From assembly GCA_010909165.1 (NCBI GenBank), contig VJWM01000025.1:2232001-2296000 (forward strand): a DNA stretch of 64,000 bases, written 5' to 3'. The position numbers were made by a program, and so were the translations under genes. Positions 49,438 to 59,500 of the stretch are shown piece after piece. The stretch comes from Anthoceros angustus (lineage: Eukaryota > Plantae > Anthocerotophyta). A model generated the notes under the pieces. The model ran no database searches, was not told the origin of the DNA, and saw only the letters and a program-made list of their open reading frames with translations. How positions within the stretch are numbered: the first letter of the stretch is position 1; each line of letters opens with the position of its first letter.

Positions 49438-49650
49438 ATGTTTCAACCAAATGATTATATAACATAATCATCTATATGACATATTTATACCACATTTTAC
49501 TAGTCTATGTTGTTTAAATCAAATAATTATATAACATAAAGATCTATATGGTATATTCAAATAATATTTTACTAATTCATATCCTTTCAATCAAATAACT
49601 ATATAACATAATAGTTTATATATATAATATATTGCTAAGCTATTTTCCTA
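49438..49650. repeat. Degenerate AT-rich ~70-bp repeat, three copies
   Basis: CAAAT(G/A)A(T/C)TATATAACATAA recurs at ~49447, ~49520 and ~49592. Confidence 0.55.
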
Positions 49651-50917
49651 ATATACGTAGTCTCAACCCAAATATTATAAAATATAGTTCCGTGCAGTTG
49701 TGCATTCAGGCGTGTACCAGCTATGTACCTCTGTGAATTCATCCGTCGGGGCTGCTTAAAGGCGAAATGGTATCTCTATTCCGATGTATCAGAATCAGCG
49801 CTGTCCTTCTATTAACCAGCCCTAGTAGTCTGGAATGATCAGATGCAAGTTCCCACAGCTGGCTAGAGAGCATCGCACTATCACAACACCAGTTTTGTAG
49901 TCAGACAGGCCGCTCTTTCTTGCAAACGGCGTGAGTGCACATACAAACAGTGGGGTTGTAGAAACGAGTGGGAAGTTCAGATCTATCTGTGGCCCCGCTG
50001 ATGCTGGTTAGAAGAAGCTGCGTTGAGTGGCCATGATGTTGGTCCGATGAAGCTTGCACTCGGCGATGAATTCACCGGTACCATGCCATATTCCATGTAT
50101 CCAGTGACCGATGACTGATTTTGCATGAACTTCGAACAGCTGGGGTACTTGTTGTGAGCCACTCGATTCCTGCTGGATTCCAACTTGTTGTTTGGGATGC
50201 GGGATTCCTGCAGGTGGATGCGGCTCCATGGTAACTTGTCTGATTTCAACAAGTTGATCACAACAATCACAACAATCACTCCGTCCAAGCCTCCACCCTT
50301 GGTCACAATATTTTCTAGTTTTCAGTCGGAAGACATTCAGTCTCTTGTCTGTAGAAGCTTCTACACTCTATGTATGTATGTGTTTGTACCGCAGGGACAT
50401 TGGCTTCTCGTCCCACCCCGCGTGAACCTTTAAAGAACTCCGAGACTGACCAACTGACTTTTTGTCCTTGTTGTTGATCTCTTGAGACTATCTGACTTTT
50501 CCTTGTTACTGCTGCCAGGCTATCTAAATACTTGTTGTTGCTGATGAGGCCTAACATTGGCAGCACTAATCTCTATGGACCCATGCAGCGACTGCACCCA
50601 ACAAATCATGGCCAGCCAGTAGGTTGTTGGGTATATGAGTATGTTGTGTGTGTAGCCAGAGCTACCAAAGAACACGTAAGTGAGAGCCTGTGAGGTATGC
50701 TACGTCTCCAAGCCGACGTCAAATTACAACAACTTATCTGATTCAAGAATACAGACGGTGGGTCCTTGCCGTGCCGGGAAGGGCACCTGTGCACAGTTTT
50801 GCGATACCACCGAGCAGGCTACTTTGTCATGTAAGCATACATTACAACTCAATTTCCAAATACCCCTTTCTTCTATGTCGGAGGAACCCAGAAGAGAACG
50901 AAGCCTCCTAATGATGT

Positions 50918-53286
50918 TTACCTGGCCCAAAGATAGGCGAGGACGACTGACAAAAACAGACAAAGAACAGAAGTTAGAAATATCATGTTAAATCGCCATA
51001 TGGGCTGCTTGCCGCCTAAGGTGGTCCCCGTGGCTGTTGGGGATGGAGGAGACTTGTGGCCTTTCTCTTCCTGCACAGGAGTCGCTGGCATCGAGGCCAC
51101 GACCTCTGGCTCCAGGATATGAGACGTCTGAAGGAGGTTAATTCCGAGCAACTCCTGACACCGACTTCTCACATCCTGGAAAGAAACAAGAGTTCAGCAT
51201 CCTCCTTGAAACCCAACTAATTTAACAGGAGAAGCGGCAACCCTTGAGCAAACAGGACATTCATTACCTCCAGGGTCTCGTTTGGCAGTAAGTAATCAGA
51301 GACCACATATCCGTCTTGCCAAGGGATGAAGACTCGAGGTGGCAACGCACAGGAGCTCCTTTCTAAAACAGGAGGACTGCTGAAAGGGTGCTGATGTAAG
51401 GGAATGGAACAGAAGGTTTGGCTAACCCAAATTGGAGAGAATGAATTGACAGAAAGTGGTCATACTCTTACCTGTCTCGAGCTGTGAGTAACTGCTCCAG
51501 GGGATATTGCGTTGAGCTGTTGTTGCCAGCGAACGTTTCCCTAACACTCACATCACCCTTTGCCATTTGTCCATCGTTTTTCGTATGCTCGGCCTCATCA
51601 CAAAGAAGTTCTAGACGAGCTCTTAAGCTGGAGATGATGTCATCCTGTGAGAAAACCAGATTAGCATTGGCTGCTGGATACAAAACAGATACTGCAAATA
51701 AGACTTGTGAGGCATACCTTGAGGTACGAAACAGCACGCCATAAAGGTTCCTTCGTGTGCGCAACAGCTCGAGCACTGACTGAACCGCTCAAAGTGAGAA
51801 TACCATCTATGTTTCTGCCATCTCCCGAATCTGGAAGAAAAACAGAAAGCCAATAGTCAAGCAGTCGATTAGAAAACGCTTCTGAAGAGAAATACCCCAT
51901 TCAAAAAAGCTGGATAAGGAGCATACCAGCTTTGCTGAGAGCACGATGGAAAGGAAGGAGCAGCTCTACTAAGTGGGGCTCATCTCTCTTACTTTCCAGA
52001 TGTAGATCCGTTTCTGAATCGACCTACAATGGCATGAGGATATGACTTGGTCAGCAGAGATTAACATACAGCACATTCAGACATCACATTGAAGGAAAAT
52101 ATGAGTACCAAAGATCCATCTAGGAGGGCCTTAGCACCCTCCAACCGGGCAGCCTCCAGTGCAATGCCAGATAAGATAGAGTCTTTCAAAGATTTCCCTG
52201 CCTGCTGCCTGTCTCGCGTCACTGGTGTTCTATTGCCAAAGCACAGTTAGTACTCATTCCCAGGAAATTCACCGCACAACCCGAGGATAACTGTGAACTG
52301 AGGGTGCAGACTAAGGTGAACACCTGATATTGAAGTGATAGGAAGCCGTAAAAGATCGCAAGTTTGGAGCAAGCTTTTGCAGCTTCCAATCACAGGGCTT
52401 TAGCAAGGTAGAAGAAAAACTCGACCCCAACGAGCAGCTTCGACAAGACAACCTACACAACCATCAGGCAGTGAGGCAGCCTTCCATACATCATAACCTC
52501 CGACGAAACAAACCAGATGAGACCCTCCCATCTACCTTTTTGGGCTCAAAGATATGTGCAATAACAGCATGTCCGTGATCCGGCTTCCTTGCAACTCTGA
52601 TGAGACTGTCGCGGATACAGCCTGCAGAGCCTGTTCCTCACGACACTTGAAACGTAAGCCCAATAGCCACAGGAAACTGTGCCAGGAAAGGAGAAAGGCT
52701 GACACACCCGCTCTCACCTGCCACAGCATCAGCTGAGAATTCTTGACAGCGCCTTCCGTAGCAAATACGTAAAGCCCAACAATCTGCATCCCTCCCATGA
52801 GCATCCTAGACACCTGAAAATTCAAGGCCAAACAACATAAGAGCACAATCCCTGAAATCAAAAGACCTCGTACACCACGGGCCTCCAGAAATCCTCCTCA
52901 CCTGCCTAGCATGCTCTGCTACCCACTCCACATCGATCTGCAAGGACGACGAGTCCACAGCGGGCTTCCCTTTCCCACCCTTCCTCCCCGCTCCTCTGCC
53001 ATCCCCACTGGACGAGGCAACCGTTGCCGGGTCCTCCCCGTCATTCGGAGGGGTCAGGACGAGGGAAAACACCAGATCCCGGGCAGATTCAGCTCCGAAC
53101 TTGCCCACCAGAAGCCCAACCTTTTGCCCAACACATACACAGCCCTTGTGAGATGACCCACCAACTGTGCCTTGCAAAGACGCAACATGCATGTGAGATC
53201 CTGACCTGCACAGAGCACCCTGCCTGGTACAGAGCTTCGACGAAAGGCTCCACCAGGCCTTGGTCCCCTGCTACCGCCCGCACCAT
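50918..53286 (-). CDS. ODR4: ODR-4 homolog (ER membrane protein), multi-exon
   Basis: MVRAVAGDQ..|VGLLVGKFG..DLVFSLVLTPPND..LQIDVEWVAEHARQ|VSRMLMGGMQIVGLYVF; C-terminal TM IFLTSVLCLFLSVVLAYLW. Confidence 0.9.
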
Positions 53287-53657
53287 CTTCCAATCCCTCC
53301 CACCCTAATCCAACTATCCAACTCCCGGACTCTCACCACTCTGCAACTACAACCCAAGTCTGTTCAAACTTTTTGGGCTGCTCTGCTGGAATCCTGAATC
53401 GATTGGACGGATCCAGGCAGACAGCCATGCGACGACGATCGAGACTGGAAAACGGGCAAACCACTGCACGCTCCTAGTGGTGTACACATCAGCGGCGGGT
53501 GTCTGAACGTCGTTGTGGCTGATGCTATTTCGGTTTCGGTTGCATATTCAAATACAGTGCGGCTGTATTCGGCTTCGAGCCAGCTCTGCCTTGCCTTGCC
53601 TGCAGTCGGATGCAGGCAGAGTGAGGATACTGGGCTCTGCAATGCGACTGCAAAGGA

Positions 53658-54668
53658 ATGGCGGGTGAGGAGAAGGAGATGGGCGGGCGCACGCTGCGTG
53701 CGGACCTGAAGCTCCTGTCCGATGAGGAGCTGGAGCAGAGGTTCTCGCAGCAGCAAGAAATTCTGCAGGAGTGCACACAGTTCAGTCTCAAGACATTCCT
53801 TGAGAAGCCCAAAGGCGAGTCCAACCCAGAGTGGTCGGCCAAGTTCGGGGAGGCCACAGCGAGGAGGAAGAAGGCCTCGGACGAGTTTCAACTGGTCCGC
53901 AACGAGCGCACAAACCGTGAGCGCAGTCGGAGGGAGCAGAGCGAGCGTTCCAAAAGAAGACGGAATGAGGAGGTGCTGGAAGCTCACGGGCCTGCAGGTT
54001 CAGAGCTCTCTTCCTTCCTCTGCAAATCGGGCAGTCAGAGGAGAGAAACCGGCTCACAATGTGTGCTTGCCCTGTGCAGAATTGGCGAACCCAGAATGCG
54101 CAGCGCAATCCGCATCCCCGGGCTCTGCCTTAGTTCGTGCTCCAGCTCCTCCTCCAGCTCCTGCAGTTCGCGGGCCTGCAGTGTCGGCAGTTTCTGCTCT
54201 GGCTGCTGAATGTTGCAAATTTTGGTCTCCCAGGGCGTCGGCCACAGCCGGGCTGCTGGCCGCCACAGCCGCAGCTTCCACGGCAGCTGCAGCCCGGCGG
54301 AGCCTGCTGATGGGTCAGTTCCCAAGGCAGCAGCTGCTCCTGCACCGGATGCTCCCGGTGGGAATGCATTGCCGGAGGCGGGAGCACAACAGTTTGTGCT
54401 GACGACGAGAGAAGAGGCAGCGGAGTATGTGAGCAAGTACGATAGGAGGAGACGAGAAAGCGCCCAGCGGCTGAAGGAGAAATACCTCTCCGACTACTTT
54501 GAGAGCGAGCTGAATTTAGGAGATCTGGTTGTCAAAGAAAGTCGTCAGGACCCGGTGCTGGCGTTTCTGACCGTTTCCTCTGATGACGAGGAGGATCAAG
54601 CTCCTGATGACAGCACTTACCGAGGAGTTGAACACAAGAAGAAGCACACGGGCTCCCGGTCCAGGTGA
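53658..54668 (+). CDS. Unknown charged/coiled-coil protein, probably with one intron near 54060-54230
   Basis: Two long protein-like ORFs (53658-54209, 54210-54668), divergent from ODR4; no recognised domain. Confidence 0.45.
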
Positions 54669-55368
54669 CTGACACTCTGACTGACTTAGGAGTTCAGCCT
54701 AGCAAAATTGTAGTTTCTGTCTATTAGCTAGATAGATACCTGCTTGCAACTTGCAGGTCCCAGCTGCCGACTTGGTTTGATTGCACTGCTCCTGCACCAT
54801 TAGCCTCTCAACATTTTGCTGCTGGGATGAGTGTTGAGCAGTCCTGGTTGTCAAGGGGAAAGAAATAGTAGCAGCCATCCGCGCACTGAAGCACAAAAGT
54901 AGGTTACGGGAGGCACAGTGTTACGGTTAGAGCTTCTCTGCATAGCTAGGTTGCAGCAGTTCATCTCAGTTGGAAATAAAGACAGGTGATCCATATCAGG
55001 ACTTGCATGCATCCCCGGACAGGACACCGCCTACCCCAAGGATTTGTGGTGCAGCAACCCATTTCAGTTTACGTGGAGAAAAGCAGTGGTGGAAACCTGG
55101 GTTTGATGCAGCAAGTGCTGCAGCAGGATCATCTCAACGAAAATTGAGAAAGCTAGTCTAGATCTATGAGACAACTCACTTATTATATACAGAAGGTACT
55201 TGGAATAGAATGTCCGTGAGGCATTGCTAGAGCTTCCTGAGGAGGAGGAGTAGGAGAGTTGTGGTGATTGGAGGAAAGTGTGAGGGAGATCCCAGCAACT
55301 CTAGAGCAAGTGGTCCCCTTCCCGCAAGCCCTGCACTTGTGTGGACGCAGTGGGTTATGAAATGTGTG

Positions 55369-56292
55369 TCAAAATTGAGCCAGTTTGGGAAGAGGCTTCA
55401 TCTGCACCTGGTCTGGATGGTCGGAGACGGATGTGATCGCGTCGTAGCCTCGCCGCTCTCCCTGCAGCCTTGCCAGGATCCCGTAGGCCAGCACGCACAC
55501 GAGCACCAGCACGATGACATGCACGCTGAAGGCCAGATCCATGAGCGCAATGGCCCGCAGGGCAGAGTCGAGCAGCAGGCACTGGGTGGAGGCATCCACT
55601 CCGGATGGAAGGTGGTCCAGGCGGGCACACCCGGCGGGGATGAAGGCGTCCACGTACAGGGAGAGGCAGGTGTGGAGCAGCCAGGAGCCCTGCAGCATGA
55701 GCCCAGCAGACAGGATCACCTCCAGCAGCGCTGCCTTTGAGCTCCAGGCCAGCAGCAGAGAGCTGCCAGCGCACACAGCGGCCACGCAGGCCAGCAGCCA
55801 GTAGCACCGGGATTCCAGCCCCCGCGCCTGGAGCTCCATCCCGGACATTTGCGCAATCTGGCTACCCAGCGCCAGAACTTCCAGGGAGAACCCAACTCCG
55901 GCCAGGAGGAAGGAGGCCGCCGTGCCGCCCGGCTGCGGCAGCAACGCCGTCGTTTCCGCTAGGAGGGTCACCCCCGCCCACACCCAGAAGAGCAGCAGCA
56001 GCACAGCGTGCTGGAAGCTGGTGACGCGGTTGCCGGGGATGGTGCCCTCCACCAGAGGATGGAAGTGGGTGGACACCGTGAGCTCGAACACCACGGCCAG
56101 AGGCAGCAGCGCCAGCAGCAGGTAGAGCTCCAGGTGCCGGAGCCGGCCGGCCAGGCCTCCTACCGGATGCCATGTCCGCGCGCTGTACTCCCGCGGATAC
56201 CGAACCTGGTTGCGCAGGCCGCACACCAGGTGCCATGCCCCCAGGCCCAGCAGCAGCAACCCCGGCAGCACATGCCCTGCTGCTGTGCCCAT
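55369..56292 (-). CDS. TMEM45/DUF716 family multi-pass membrane protein, intronless
   Basis: MGTAAGHVLPGLLLLGLGAWHL..TWHPV..HLELY..FQHA..GLMLQGSWLLH signature; ATG at 56292 (track ORF starts at TTG). Confidence 0.9.
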   Translation of the reverse strand: MGTAAGHVLPGLLLLGLGAWHLVCGLRNQVRYPREYSARTWHPVGGLAGRLRHLELYLLLALLPLAVVFELTVSTHFHPLVEGTIPGNRVTSFQHAVLLLLFWVWAGVTLLAETTALLPQPGGTAASFLLAGVGFSLEVLALGSQIAQMSGMELQARGLESRCYWLLACVAAVCAGSSLLLAWSSKAALLEVILSAGLMLQGSWLLHTCLSLYVDAFIPAGCARLDHLPSGVDASTQCLLLDSALRAIALMDLAFSVHVIVLVLVCVLAYGILARLQGERRGYDAITSVSDHPDQVQMKPLPKLAQF

Positions 56293-56564
56293 CTCGCCTT
56301 CCCCTTCCAATTCCGACCCCCGATCTGATCTGAACTGATCTGATCTGACCTCCTACCCACAATGCTGCGCCGCCAATTCCACTCGGAGCTTCAGCTGCTC
56401 CCGCACCGTCACACCGTCTCCTCCCATGCCTTCATCCTGGCACACAGCCCACCAAGTGGCGACCGTTACCTGCACCCAAACGGGAGTGGACGTGCAAGTG
56501 GATTGTCCTGCTCGCCTGCCGACACAATCGCTGCCTCTGCAGCTCTGTCAGCTTCTGTTCAGTT

Positions 56565-59500
56565 ATGAGTGTACGTCCCCATTTATTTACATCTGGCTTT
56601 AAGCTCTTGGATGATGTGTGCAAGGTCCCCCGACTCGGAGGGAGTTGGTTGCCCAAGGGCTTGGACGTGGGGATGGTTGGTCGGTTTATGGGCATTTTGG
56701 GAAGAGCTTCGGCGCGGCTGAATTCGAGGAGCCAAGTCTTGGGGCACGGGCGTTTTGTTTTGTGGCATGGGGTCCTCTGGGTGAGCAGTTCAGGTTGGGT
56801 GGATGGGGAGCTTGCTGGGTTGGATAGGGTGGGCAGGGCTGGAGGTGACGGTTGGGGCGTGACGGCTGAGACTGTGAGCAAGTTGTGTCGTGAGGGCCGG
56901 GTGGCTGAGGCTGTGGAGGGTTTGGAGGTTCTTGTGGACAGGGGTGGTTGGGTTTCGAAATCTTTGCTTTATGCTGTCTTGAAGGAATGTGTGATGGAGA
57001 AAAATCTCGTGCTGGGGAGCCGGGTGCATGCTGTGACGGTGAAGAAAGGTTACCAGTCGGACACTTTCCTGGGCAACCATATTCTGCGGATGTATGCTTC
57101 TCATGGGAGGTTGGAGGATGCGATGGATGTGTTTCGAGGGGTTGATGTACCGGATGTCTTCATGTGGTCGTCCATGATTGCTGCGCATGTGAGGCACGGA
57201 CAAGACACGCATGCGGTGGAACTGTATCATGGGATGCGGAGGTCCGGGGCCAAGGCAGATGGGCATGTGTTTGTGGCAGCCCTTCAGGCTTGTGCGAGGG
57301 GTGGAGACGTGGTGTCTGGGAAGCAGGTGCATGCTGATGTGCTGGCCAGGGGCGTGGAGCCTGAGTTGTTCGTCTGTAACTGCTTGGTGGACATGTACGC
57401 AAAGTGTGGGAGGTTGGAGGACGCTCGGACGGTGTTTGATGGGCTTGGTCGGAAAGATGTGGTCACGTGGAATGCCATGATAGCAGGGTATGCCCAGCAA
57501 GGGATGGGGCAAGAAGCTCTCCGTCTCTACGGTGCCATGCAAGATGAAGGCATCGCTGCACCCAATGCTGTCACATTTGTGTGCCTCCTGCAAGCGTGTG
57601 CACGTGTGGGCCACCCTTCGTTGGAGAAGGGGAAGCATCTTCATGGGCAGATTAGAGAACGAGGCCTCCAAGCTCATGTGTTTGTGGCCAACAGTTTGGT
57701 GAACATGTATGCAAAGTGTGGCAGCTTGGGAGATGCACAGAAAGTGTTTGATGGACTCCATCAGAAAGATGTGGTGACATGGAATGCCATGATAGCAGGG
57801 TATTCCCAGCAGGGCAGGGGGCAGGAAGCCCTTCATCTGCATAGTGCTATGCTGGAAGAGGGCACCGCTGAGCCCAATTGTGTAACATTTTCGTGCCTCC
57901 TACAGGCATGTGCAAGTTTGGGGCCCCCGGCTTTGGAGAAGGGGAGGCATCTTGATGCACAAATCAAAGAACGGGGGCACCAAACTGATGTGTTTGTAGC
58001 CAACAGTTTGGTGAACATGTATGCAAAGTGTGGGAGCTTGGAGGAAGCTCAGAGAGTCTTTGACGGACTCAGTCAGAAAGGTGTGGCGACATGGAACGCT
58101 CTAATAGCAGGGTACTCACAGCAGGGCATGGGCCAGGAAGCTCTTCTCCTGTACAGTGCTATGCAAGAAGAAAGCATCACTGTACCCGATTCTGTGACAT
58201 TTGTGTGCCTCCTACAGGCATGTGCAAGTGTCGGATCCCCAGCATTGGAGAAGGGAAAGCATCTTCATGCGCAAATCAGAGAACGAGGACATGAAGCGGA
58301 TGTCTTTGTAGCCAACAGTCTGGTGGACATGTATGCGAAGTGTGGCAGCTTGGAGGATGCTCAGAAAGTGTTTGACGGACTTGGTCAGAAAGATGCAGTG
58401 ACATGGAACGCCCTAATTGTAGGGTATTCCCAGCAGGGCAAGGGGCATGAGGCGCTTCATCTCTACGATGTTATGCAACAAGCAGGCACGGCTGTACCTG
58501 ATTGTGTAACATTTGTGTGCCTCCTGCAGGCATGTGCGATTGTGGGCACTCCAGCATTGGAGAAGGGGCAGCAACTTCTTGGCCACATCAGAGAACGAGG
58601 GTATGAAGCTGATGTGTTTGTTGCCAGCAGTTTAGTGAACATGTATGCAAAGTGTGGCAGCTTGGAAGATGCTCAAAGGGAGTTTGATGGACACCGTGAA
58701 AAAGATGTGGTGACATGGACAGCCATGATAGCAGGATATTCCCAACAGGGTATGGGGCAGCAGGCCCTTCTAGTTTACAGTGCTATGCAACAAGAAGGCA
58801 TCACCGTACCTGATTCTGTGACATTTGTGTGCCTCCTACAGGCATGTGCAAGTGTCGGATCCCCAGCATTGGAGAAGGGAAAGCATCTTCATGCGCAAAT
58901 CAGAGAACGAGGACATGAAGCGGATGTCTTTGTAGCCAACAGTCTGGTGGACATGTATGCGAAGTGTGGCAGCTTGGAGGATGCTCAGAAAGTGTTTGAC
59001 GGACTTGGTCAGAAAGATGCAGTGACATGGAACGCCCTAATTGTAGGGTATTCCCAGCAGGGCAAGGGGCATGAGGCGCTTCATCTCTACGATGTTATGC
59101 AACAAGCAGGCACGGCTGTACCTGATTGTGTAACATTTGTGTGCCTCCTGCAGGCATGTGCGATTGTGGGCACTCCAGCATTGGAGAAGGGGCAGCAACT
59201 TCTTGGCCACATCAGAGAACGAGGGTATGAAGCTGATGTGTTTGTTGCCAGCAGTTTAGTGAACATGTATGCAAAGTGTGGCAGCTTGGAAGATGCTCAA
59301 AGGGAGTTTGATGGACACCGTGAAAAAGATGTGGTGACATGGACAGCCATGATAGCAGGATATTCCCAACAGGGTATGGGGCAGCAGGCCCTTCTAGTTT
59401 ACAGTGCTATGCAACAAGAAGGCATCACCGTACCCGATTCTGTGACATTTGTGTCCCTCCTTCAGGCATGTGCAAGTGTTGGCACGCCAGCCTTGGAGAA

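Noticed and set aside
49760-50800. Additional gene between the AT-rich repeat and ODR4
   Set aside because: Several short ORFs and splice-like signals exist on both strands, but I could not assemble a consistent model.
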